Source: a virus. Taken from it: DNA of 64,000 nt. Location of the stretch: IMG/VR virus record IMGVR_UViG_3300016482_000025, positions 1 through 64,000 of that record, one strand, 5' to 3'. The notes under the pieces are model-generated. The model saw nothing but the letters and a program-made list of their open reading frames with translations. It had not been told where the DNA came from and ran no database searches. Shown one piece after another: positions 33,081 through 39,455 of this stretch (the stretch's first letter is position 1; each line of letters begins with the position of its first letter). Made by a program: the position numbers and the translations under genes.

Positions 33081-33198
33081 GGGTATGATGCTAGAGTGTT
33101 CGATTCACTCAAAATTCCCTTGTGGAATTTCCTGGGCGGTATAAAAGCTACGGTAACAAGGCTCGCGACCTTACTTGGTTCAATTCCAAGCATACCCA
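33081..33198 (+). ncRNA. 118-nt tRNA-like RNA (acceptor stem plus T arm only), copy 2
   Basis: GGGTATG/CATACCC 7-bp helix; T arm CTTGG-TTCAATT-CCAAG; CCA encoded; interior has a second T-arm-like hairpin GAGTG-TTCGATT-CACTC and a 7-bp hairpin AAATTCC-CTTGT-GGAATTT. Confidence 0.5.
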
Positions 33199-33220
33199 CC
33201 ATTTTTGAAGGAATTATATT

Positions 33221-33688
33221 ATGGAAAACGCGACCAAAATTTATATTGATTATTCTTCTTATACTACCGTAACAAATTCTGCCGATCCTGATGACGAATG
33301 GGATCGTGATGATACTTCAACGGATTATTACGTTAATGGTTTAACTTTAGAACCTAACGGTTCTTTTGAGTATTGTTATTATCCAGGCGAAGTGAAGGAA
33401 GGTGATAAGATTTATCTAGTTTATGCAGTCTATTCTACTGGTGATAGTTTTCATCGTGACGAAAGAGGTTGTATTGACTTTGTTGGAGTTTACAAGGATA
33501 AGGCTACTGCCGATTTAGTGGCTCATGTTCTTGAAAAGCATTCTACAGAAGATAACATGTATGGTGAAGCCAAGTGGACAGCTAAGATTGTTCTTGACAA
33601 TGGCACCGAATATGACTATCATGTTGGATGGGTTGGTTATTTTGAACACCTTGATTACATTAGTGTTGAGGAATTTATTGTTCGATGA
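33221..33688 (+). CDS. hypothetical protein
   Basis: GAAGGAATTATATTATG initiation region; 155 aa. Confidence 0.5.
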   Translation: MENATKIYIDYSSYTTVTNSADPDDEWDRDDTSTDYYVNGLTLEPNGSFEYCYYPGEVKEGDKIYLVYAVYSTGDSFHRDERGCIDFVGVYKDKATADLVAHVLEKHSTEDNMYGEAKWTAKIVLDNGTEYDYHVGWVGYFEHLDYISVEEFIVR

Positions 33689-33876
33689 ATATCATTTGGA
33701 CCGAAGAACAAGTAAAGATGTTAAATGAACGTCAGGCACGTAATGATTTACACCCATATACGTGTCCTGGTGATCATAAAGAGTGTGAAAATAATAGAGA
33801 ATTAATTGCCACAATTTATGGATGGCGTTGTGTTTGTGGTAAATACACACAAAATTGGTCACATGAAACCAGATAA
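33685..33876 (+). CDS. small Cys-containing protein
   Basis: 63-aa ORF, ATGA overlap. Confidence 0.45.
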   Translation: MNIIWTEEQVKMLNERQARNDLHPYTCPGDHKECENNRELIATIYGWRCVCGKYTQNWSHETR

Positions 33877-34109
33877 TGATGAATATATACCATTTTGCTA
33901 TTGACATTGGACAATGGGATTGTGATAATTGGGTTGCTGTTGCTGATGATATAGAAATTGCAAAAGAAAAGGTCATTCATACTTGGAAACAAAGATATGG
34001 TGGACCAATTCAAGAAAATGTTGATAGGTTTGTCAATCAGTTAAATAATGCGTCAGTAGAGATTATTGATATTGACGGTGCCGCAAATGTGTGGCAATCT
34101 TTTGATTAA
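33876..34109 (+). CDS. hypothetical protein
   Basis: 77-aa ORF. Confidence 0.45.
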   Translation: MMNIYHFAIDIGQWDCDNWVAVADDIEIAKEKVIHTWKQRYGGPIQENVDRFVNQLNNASVEIIDIDGAANVWQSFD

Positions 34110-34110
34110 C

Positions 34111-34156
34111 GGGGAAGCCGCTAAGATGGTGGATTAGCACCGGATTTCAAAACCGC
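34111..34156 (+). pseudogene. tRNA 5' half remnant with a UCA anticodon loop
   Basis: GGGGAAG-CC-GCTA-AGATGGTGGAT-TAGC-A-CCGGA-TTTCAAA-ACCGC; no T arm or 3' acceptor strand follows; the HNH gene starts 33 nt downstream. Confidence 0.4.
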
Positions 34157-34162
34157 TTTTGT

Positions 34163-34188
34163 CTAAATACTTTAAAAAAGGTGTTTAG
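34163..34188 (+). promoter_or_regulatory. hairpin abutting the HNH start codon, with late-promoter-like CTAAATAC in its 5' arm
   Basis: CTAAATAC (34163-34170) pairs with GTGTTTAG (34181-34188); ATG at 34189. Confidence 0.4.
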
Positions 34189-34614
34189 ATGAAACAAAGA
34201 CATAACAATTTTACAGATGAAGAATTAATAGAAGCATATAATGAATTAAAACATTTGGGGAAAATAGCACATAAATTTAAGGTTCCTCATATACAAATTT
34301 GGCGTAAATGTCAAAAATTAAATTTACATTTTAAAAATGGTGGTAATAACGAAAAAATTAATCTAAATGAAATTTTAGAAGGTTTTCATGGTTATTATCC
34401 AACAAATAAATTAAGAAAACGAATAATAAAAGAAAAAATATTACCTTACGAATGTGCGAAATGTGGTATTCACAAATGGAATGGTTGTGATATAGTGCTT
34501 CAATTAGATCATATAAATGGTGAATCAACAGACCATAGGTTAGAAAATTTGAGATTGTTGTGTCCTAATTGTCATTCTCAAACTGATACATGGTGTGGAA
34601 AAAATAAGGGCTAG
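34189..34614 (+). CDS. HNH homing endonuclease
   Basis: QLDHINGESTDHRLENLRLLCPNCHSQTD; low GC; paralog of the gene at 28578-29093; last 7 nt overlap tRNA-Tyr. Confidence 0.8.
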   Translation: MKQRHNNFTDEELIEAYNELKHLGKIAHKFKVPHIQIWRKCQKLNLHFKNGGNNEKINLNEILEGFHGYYPTNKLRKRIIKEKILPYECAKCGIHKWNGCDIVLQLDHINGESTDHRLENLRLLCPNCHSQTDTWCGKNKG

Positions 34615-34690
34615 TAGTCCGTTAAAGACGCGGGAGTGACTGTAAATCACTTGCTTAATTGCTGGCGTGGCGCGATACCACGATAGCCCA
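34608..34690 (+). tRNA. tRNA-Tyr (anticodon GUA), class II, non-canonical T loop
   Basis: Acceptor GGGCTAG/ATAGCCC (6 bp plus a mismatch); anticodon arm AGTGA-CTGTAAA-TCACT; T arm CGTGG-CGCGATA-CCACG lacks TTC; CCA encoded. Confidence 0.55.
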
Positions 34691-34702
34691 CCAGTTTTTA
34701 TT

Positions 34703-34948
34703 ATGGAGATAAGAATGTCTAAGACAGAAAAGCCTGTTGTCGAGAAGCAAGCCGTAGAAGTTGATTTGAAGGTTGTGGTTGTTGAAATTTTTGATAGTAG
34801 TGGAGATAATGTAATTACATTGCGTTATCCTGTTGGAAAGAATCAAGCACCAATGGTTCCGGCGTGTGTTTCTTCTATGTTACTCTCAGATAATCCGCCT
34901 GTCATCAATATTTCTGTTGACTATGTTAAGGGAATTGAGTATATATAA
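34703..34948 (+). CDS. hypothetical protein
   Basis: ATG 34703 or 34715 directly after the tRNA-Tyr trailer. Confidence 0.45.
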   Translation: MEIRMSKTEKPVVEKQAVEVDLKVVVVEIFDSSGDNVITLRYPVGKNQAPMVPACVSSMLLSDNPPVINISVDYVKGIEYI

Positions 34949-34955
34949 GGAATGC

Positions 34956-35039
34956 GCGGGTGTAGCTCAGTGGTTTAGAGCGTCGGTCTTCCAAACCGAA
35001 GGCGAATAGGTTCCGTGGGTTCGAATCCCACCATCCGCT
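34956..35039 (+). tRNA. tRNA-Gly (anticodon UCC) with a 15-nt variable region
   Basis: Acceptor GCGGGTG/CATCCGC; D arm GCTC-AGTGGTTTA-GAGC; anticodon arm TCGGT-CTTCCAA-ACCGA; T arm GTGGG-TTCGAAT-CCCAC; CCA encoded; 84 nt. Confidence 0.7.
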
Positions 35040-35048
35040 CCATTGTTT

Positions 35049-35122
35049 GTCTCTGTAGCTCAATTGTAAAGAGCGTTGGCCTACGAAGCCGAAGGTTACA
35101 GGTTAGAGTCCTGTCAGGGACT
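35049..35122 (+). tRNA. tRNA-Arg (anticodon ACG)
   Basis: Acceptor GTCTCTG/CAGGGAC; anticodon loop CTACGAA; T arm ACAGG-TTAGAGT-CCTGT; CCA encoded. Confidence 0.8.
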
Positions 35123-35134
35123 CCATTTTATTAT

Positions 35135-35207
35135 GGCGCGTTAGATTACTGGCTAGATCGTCGGGCTTTCATCCCGAAGGAAGGGGTTCGATCTCCCCTA
35201 CGCGCTA
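35135..35207 (+). tRNA. tRNA-Glu (anticodon UUC)
   Basis: Acceptor GGCGCGT/ACGCGCT (G1-U72); anticodon arm TCGGG-CTTTCAT-CCCGA; GGTTCGATC T region; CCA encoded. Confidence 0.8.
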
Positions 35208-35226
35208 CCAGTTTTGAGGATTTATA

Positions 35227-35445
35227 ATGAGAGACATTAATCAAATGAATCATCTTGAAACGCTTTTTCATATTAATGGATTTAAAATTCATGATCGTAT
35301 GAAAAGCCCGGTCGAAGAATATGATGGTGTTATTGTTACTGCTAGATATCATAAAGCTTCACGTTCAGATTATTCGTTGATTATGCAATATTTTGGTAAA
35401 GAAAATTTTGCATTCTATGAAGGTAAAAGATTTGCTGTATGGTGA
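35227..35445 (+). CDS. hypothetical protein
   Basis: GAGGATTTATAATG initiation region; the stop overlaps the tRNA-His 5' end. Confidence 0.45.
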   Translation: MRDINQMNHLETLFHINGFKIHDRMKSPVEEYDGVIVTARYHKASRSDYSLIMQYFGKENFAFYEGKRFAVW

Positions 35446-35515
35446 GTGTAGTTTAGTTGGTTAAAACGTCGGCCTGTGACTCCGAAGACCACGGGTTCAA
35501 ATCCCGTCACCCACC
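35441..35515 (+). tRNA. tRNA-His (anticodon GUG) with encoded G-1
   Basis: G-1 opposite C73; acceptor GTGAGTG/CACCCAC (one A-C mismatch); anticodon loop CTGTGAC; T arm ACGGG-TTCAAAT-CCCGT; CCA encoded. Confidence 0.8.
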
Positions 35516-35535
35516 CCATTTGAAGGAATTATATT

Positions 35536-35838
35536 ATGTTTAAGACAATTACATCAGAACAATTAGATTTGTTTTTTGAGCAACATTGTCATAATTTTCA
35601 TGGGTATGATGGGCGCGTAATTAAGAATGCCATTACTCGTGAATTTCTTATTCCTATGACAGCCAATACCGCTGTTTATACACATAATATCCTCCATGAT
35701 TATATGTCACTTTCTCTTGTTCCTGATACTTTCTTGGAACAGATGGTTGAATACCATTGTAAGATTAAACATCTTGGTTATGATATGAAAGATAATATTT
35801 CAAATAAAAATGAAACATTGAAAGCAATTTTCACATGA
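35536..35838 (+). CDS. hypothetical protein
   Basis: GAAGGAATTATATTATG initiation region. Confidence 0.5.
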   Translation: MFKTITSEQLDLFFEQHCHNFHGYDGRVIKNAITREFLIPMTANTAVYTHNILHDYMSLSLVPDTFLEQMVEYHCKIKHLGYDMKDNISNKNETLKAIFT

Positions 35839-36086
35839 CAGAAGATTCTAGACTTGCAGAGTTATACAATAACACTATAGATGAATCGCGTATTACAGAG
35901 CTATACAAAAAGTTAAAAAGTAAAAACACAACACATTTTAGCGTGACATGGGGACCGGAAGGTGTTAAGCTTACTGAGGAAGAAAAGGCTGATTATCTTC
36001 TTAAATTGATGAATGGGATTGAGGATGGAACAATTGAACATACTATCCACGCAGACTTTCCAGAGTTACCTAGAAAGCAATCTTGA
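35835..36086 (+). CDS. hypothetical protein
   Basis: 83-aa ORF, ATGA overlap. Confidence 0.45.
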   Translation: MTEDSRLAELYNNTIDESRITELYKKLKSKNTTHFSVTWGPEGVKLTEEEKADYLLKLMNGIEDGTIEHTIHADFPELPRKQS

Positions 36087-36252
36087 TAAAGAGCTTTTTG
36101 AATTACAAGAAAATATTAAGTATGTAAGAGATTTTGGTAGTGGTCCAAAAGATAGATTTTCACCAGAATATTATGATTTTGAATTACACTACCAAGATAC
36201 AATTGTTGATATTATAACCAAATATGAAAAAATGTTTATGAGGTCGTTATGA
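36013..36252 (+). CDS. hypothetical protein (start uncertain)
   Basis: Overlaps the previous ORF by 74 nt; alternative ATG at 36025. Confidence 0.3.
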   Translation: MGLRMEQLNILSTQTFQSYLESNLDKELFELQENIKYVRDFGSGPKDRFSPEYYDFELHYQDTIVDIITKYEKMFMRSL

Positions 36253-36677
36253 TTGATAAGTTTTCTGGTGAATATCGTTGGCTATCCAATTTTGTGCCTT
36301 GTCCTGTTCTCCTAGATGGTGTAGAGTATCCTTCTGTTGAACATGCTTATCAGGCAGCCAAGACAGTTATCAAGGAAGAACGTGAAATCATTCTTCAAGC
36401 AAAGACTGCCGGTATTGCCAAGAAGCTAGGTAAGCTTGTTACAATGCGCCACAATTGGGATATGTGGAAGTGGAATATTATGTTTAATCTCTGTATGCAG
36501 AAGTTTCTAAAGGAACCATTTCGTTCTCAGCTTCTAGCTACAGGTGATCAAGAAATTATTGAAGGAAATACTTGGGGTGATACTTATTGGGGTATTTGCA
36601 ATAATATTGGGCAAAATAATCTAGGTAAGATCATCATGCATATTCGTCAAACTATTCGTGATGGTGAATATCACTGA
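36249..36677 (+). CDS. NADAR (YbiA/DUF1768) domain protein
   Basis: FSGEYRWLSNFVPCPVLLDGVEYPSVEHAYQAAKT...GNTWGDTYWG is the NADAR signature. Confidence 0.75.
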   Translation: MIDKFSGEYRWLSNFVPCPVLLDGVEYPSVEHAYQAAKTVIKEEREIILQAKTAGIAKKLGKLVTMRHNWDMWKWNIMFNLCMQKFLKEPFRSQLLATGDQEIIEGNTWGDTYWGICNNIGQNNLGKIIMHIRQTIRDGEYH

Positions 36678-36690
36678 TATATAATAAAAT

Positions 36691-36764
36691 GGGCCGGTAG
36701 CTCAGTTGGCTAGAGCGGGAGACTCTTAATCTCTAGGTCGTGGGTTCGAATCCCACCCGGCCCT
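36691..36764 (+). tRNA. tRNA-Lys (anticodon CUU)
   Basis: Acceptor GGGCCGG/CCGGCCC; anticodon loop CTCTTAA; T arm GTGGG-TTCGAAT-CCCAC; no encoded CCA. Confidence 0.85.
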
Positions 36765-36771
36765 CATAGAG

Positions 36772-36822
36772 CCTAGAAGTTATAAATAGCAATGGCAATA
36801 AGACTAATTTATAACTTCTAGG
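36772..36822 (+). promoter_or_regulatory. 16-bp perfect hairpin sequestering the endonuclease RBS, with TATAAATA in its 5' arm
   Basis: CCTAGAAGTTATAAAT (36772-36787) pairs with ATTTATAACTTCTAGG (36807-36822); TATAAATA at 36781-36788; AGGA at 36820-36823; TTG start at 36830. Confidence 0.6.
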
Positions 36823-36829
36823 ATTAATT

Positions 36830-37444
36830 TTGTATTACACAATCTATAAAATAACAAATAAAATTAACAATAAATTCTATATTGGAATGCATAAAACCAA
36901 AAATTTAAATGATGGTTATATGGGTTCTGGTAAACTCTTGAAACGTGCTATTAAAAAACACGGAATTGAAAACTTTATTAAAGAAATTCTATTCATTTTT
37001 GATAATGAACAGGATATGATTAATAAAGAAAAAGAATTAGTAGAAGTATCAGAGCAATCTTATAACCTTTGTGAAGGTGGTAAAGGTGGTTTTGGTTTTA
37101 TAAATGCTAATGGTCTTGGTGGAACACTTGGTTATAAATGGAGTGATTATTATAAAAATCATTTTAGAAAAAAAGCACAAGAACAATATGAAAAATGGAC
37201 TGATGAAGATTGGAATAATCATTCTTCACAAATAAAAAATGGAATAATAAACCGTAAACCATCATTTCTTGGTAAAAAACACACAGAAGAAACCAAACAA
37301 AAAATGAGAAAATCTAAAAATATTGGTATAAAAAATCCAAGTTTTGGTTCTATGTGGATTACTAATGGAATAGATAACAGGAAGATAAAAAAACTTGAAA
37401 CCATTCCTGATGGGTGGTATAAAGGAAGAAATAAGGGGTCTTAG
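36830..37444 (+). CDS. GIY-YIG homing endonuclease
   Basis: YYTIYKITNKINNKFYIGMHKT...GYMGSG; NUMOD3-like GKKHTEETKQKM; low GC; the last 10 nt overlap tRNA-Ala. Confidence 0.8.
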   Translation: MYYTIYKITNKINNKFYIGMHKTKNLNDGYMGSGKLLKRAIKKHGIENFIKEILFIFDNEQDMINKEKELVEVSEQSYNLCEGGKGGFGFINANGLGGTLGYKWSDYYKNHFRKKAQEQYEKWTDEDWNNHSSQIKNGIINRKPSFLGKKHTEETKQKMRKSKNIGIKNPSFGSMWITNGIDNRKIKKLETIPDGWYKGRNKGS

Positions 37445-37507
37445 CTCAGATGGGAGAGCGGTAGCTTTGCAAGCTATAGGTCATCGGTTCGATCCCGATA
37501 GGCTCCA
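37435..37507 (+). tRNA. tRNA-Ala (anticodon UGC)
   Basis: Acceptor GGGGTCT/AGGCTCC with G3-U70; anticodon loop TTTGCAA; T arm ATCGG-TTCGATC-CCGAT; CCA encoded. Confidence 0.85.
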
Positions 37508-37525
37508 CCAGTTTAGGATTATATT

Positions 37526-37753
37526 ATGAAATTTTTAATGAATGCTTATGGTAAAAAAGATTTACATGTTTTTGTTTTTCTAGAAGGTAAAAGGTATAAA
37601 AAAACTATAGGTAAATCTACTGTATATGATTATCGTGGTTTAGAAAGAATTCGCTTTACAAGAAATAGTGATAAGTCATGGAGATTGGATTTTTTTGGGC
37701 ATTGTTTAATTTGGAGTGATAAATTAAAGTATTTCAATTTAAACAAAATATAA
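37526..37753 (+). CDS. hypothetical protein
   Basis: TAGGATTATATTATG initiation region. Confidence 0.45.
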   Translation: MKFLMNAYGKKDLHVFVFLEGKRYKKTIGKSTVYDYRGLERIRFTRNSDKSWRLDFFGHCLIWSDKLKYFNLNKI

Positions 37754-37764
37754 AGGAAAAACAT

Positions 37765-37935
37765 ATGTGGTTAATCATTGTTTATATTTTAGTTAACGGT
37801 CAACCACAAATGTTTAATTATATTGAAGCGTTAGATGAAGATGAATGTCGTGAAGTAGCAGCACTTTCAAATAAAATGTTCCCTTCACGGGTTACAGTTT
37901 GTCAATTTGTTGAAGATGAAGGAACACCAATTTGA
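37765..37935 (+). CDS. small hypothetical protein (56 aa)
   Basis: AAGGAAAAACATATG. Confidence 0.35.
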   Translation: MWLIIVYILVNGQPQMFNYIEALDEDECREVAALSNKMFPSRVTVCQFVEDEGTPI

Positions 37936-38126
37936 AAAGTAAGGAAGAAATTTTAGACTTGCTTTTATCTATATGTTCTGATAATATACCTGTGAATTGG
38001 AATGATAAGACTTCAATAAAAAGTTTTAAAGAGAAATCTGATTCATACGCCAAATTCTTTAATAAACTAAATTATGAAGAGCAAGGTTGGATAACAGAAC
38101 AATTCAACAAGTTTTTAAAAGGGTAA
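37932..38126 (+). CDS. hypothetical protein
   Basis: 64-aa ORF with a TTG start overlapping the upstream stop. Confidence 0.35.
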   Translation: MKSKEEILDLLLSICSDNIPVNWNDKTSIKSFKEKSDSYAKFFNKLNYEEQGWITEQFNKFLKG

Positions 38127-38130
38127 TAAA

Positions 38131-38454
38131 ATGAATAATCCTTACGTTAAGCTTGATGATATGGAAGTGCGTGATGAAAATTGTAAGATTGCAATTACAG
38201 AGATTTACAAGGAAATTTTAAAGCTTGAATCTTCAATTGCTGCTGATGAAGAACAGCTAGAGCAATTGATTAGTGAAGTGGGTAAGGAAAAGGTTGTTTT
38301 CCTATATGGAAATTACATGGCTCAGAATTACTCTTATCTTTCTGCCATGAAGCATACATTTTACTTTTTGACTGGAATTCCTTCTTCGCGCATTCTTATT
38401 GACTTGACAGAAGAGGATAAGAAGAGTATATTCAGCTACGAGAAAGAGGAATAA
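38131..38454 (+). CDS. hypothetical protein
   Basis: 107-aa ORF. Confidence 0.45.
   Translation: MNNPYVKLDDMEVRDENCKIAITEIYKEILKLESSIAADEEQLEQLISEVGKEKVVFLYGNYMAQNYSYLSAMKHTFYFLTGIPSSRILIDLTEEDKKSIFSYEKEE
38404..38432 (+). promoter_or_regulatory. sigma70-type early promoter
   Basis: TTGACA, 17 nt, TATATT. Confidence 0.5.
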
Positions 38455-38484
38455 ATATTGACAACCAACTAAATAGGTGTCAAT

Positions 38485-38670
38485 ATGCAACCCAAGAAAC
38501 ATTTCTTTATTTCTCATTTTGGAGATAAGAGCGTCGTTCATCATACTGATGATGGTGGGCAATCGTTTAAACAACAACATTTCTATTCTAATAGAGTTTT
38601 GGATTTGAATAATTTTGCCAAGAGTCTTGAAAAGAATGGATATGAAGAAGTAAATCCTTGGTCTAGATAA
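38485..38670 (+). CDS. hypothetical protein
   Basis: 61-aa ORF downstream of promoter 38404-38432. Confidence 0.4.
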   Translation: MQPKKHFFISHFGDKSVVHHTDDGGQSFKQQHFYSNRVLDLNNFAKSLEKNGYEEVNPWSR

Positions 38671-38678
38671 AATATTAT

Positions 38679-38751
38679 CTGTGTGTAGCTCAGTTAGGAG
38701 AGTGCTGGTTTTGGAAACCAGAGGTCGTTGGGGCAGGACCAACCACGCAGA
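38679..38751 (+). tRNA. tRNA-Pro (anticodon UGG), non-canonical T loop
   Basis: Acceptor CTGTGTG/CACGCAG; anticodon arm CTGGT-TTTGGAA-ACCAG; T arm GTTGG-GGCAGGA-CCAAC lacks TTC; CCA encoded. Confidence 0.65.
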
Positions 38752-38759
38752 CCAGTTTA

Positions 38760-38870
38760 TTATACAGAGAGCAAATAGCCTGTTATACTCAAGACACTTC
38801 CGTAGGGTATAACTCACGTAAATAGAATGGGATTTGTCCGTTCGGGTTAGGGAAGTGCTGGCTGTATGAT
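38760..38870 (+). ncRNA. candidate structured RNA downstream of tRNA-Pro
   Basis: Nested long-range helices ATACAG (38762-38767)/CTGTAT (38862-38867) and CACTTCC (38795-38801)/GGAAGTG (38851-38857); no ORF. Confidence 0.3.
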
Positions 38871-38965
38871 ACCTATAATGTAAAACGTCCAATAAGTAAA
38901 TTCGTGAAAAACCTTTTTGATGGCGGCGCCGCTGGCTCTAAGGTCACATTATAGGATTCTTTCTT

Positions 38966-38989
38966 GGGGGCTTTTTAGCCCCCTTTTTT
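38966..38989 (+). terminator. rho-independent terminator closing the tRNA island
   Basis: GGGGGCT-TTTT-AGCCCCC followed by TTTTTT. Confidence 0.8.
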
Positions 38990-39023
38990 AATATATAGTG
39001 TTATATTCCGAAGGAGTAATAAC

Positions 39024-39449
39024 ATGGATAATAAATTAACAGACCGTGACGTGCAAAGATTAGCAAATGTGCATCCAGACCTTGTTTCTGTAGTAGTGCG
39101 CGCCAGAGAGCTATATGACTTCGCTGTGGTAGAGGGTCGTAGGACGGTTGAAAGACAGGCTCAGTTGGTCGCTAAAGGCGCCTCCAAGACCATGAATAGC
39201 CGACACATCACCGGCCATGCCGTTGACCTAGCACCGCTTGTGGAAGGTTCTATTCGTTGGGATTGGCCTTTGTTCTTCCCTCTTGCAGAAGCCGTAAAAC
39301 AGGCTGCATATGAAATGAATGTTCCTATCGTATGGGGTGGAACATGGAAAGATTTGTCTGAAACACCATTGCCAATTACAAGTAAAAATCTCAGTAAGAC
39401 TTTCCCCGATGGTCCTCATTTTGAATTAGACCGCAAAAAATACCCATAA
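39024..39449 (+). CDS. peptidase M15 (VanY / L-alanyl-D-glutamate endopeptidase-type) endolysin
   Basis: SRHITGHAVDLAP and FPDGPHFE match the H-x6-D...H zinc-site pattern. Confidence 0.7.
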   Translation: MDNKLTDRDVQRLANVHPDLVSVVVRARELYDFAVVEGRRTVERQAQLVAKGASKTMNSRHITGHAVDLAPLVEGSIRWDWPLFFPLAEAVKQAAYEMNVPIVWGGTWKDLSETPLPITSKNLSKTFPDGPHFELDRKKYP

Positions 39450-39455
39450 TAGTTG

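Noticed and set aside
32952-33272. 106-aa plus-strand ORF (MGRARLAATAAFEE...)
   Set aside because: It reads straight through both 118-nt structured RNAs. Its Ala/Gly/Pro-rich translation reflects GC-rich RNA helices. The real downstream gene starts at 33221 with the canonical initiation cassette.
38458-38486. TTGACA followed at 17 nt by CAATAT, considered as the promoter for the ORF at 38485
   Set aside because: The predicted transcription start would fall downstream of the ATG. The better promoter at 38404-38432 explains expression.
38302-38892. 196-aa minus-strand ORF
   Set aside because: It spans tRNA-Pro and several plus-strand ORFs in antisense, which is implausible for a coding region.
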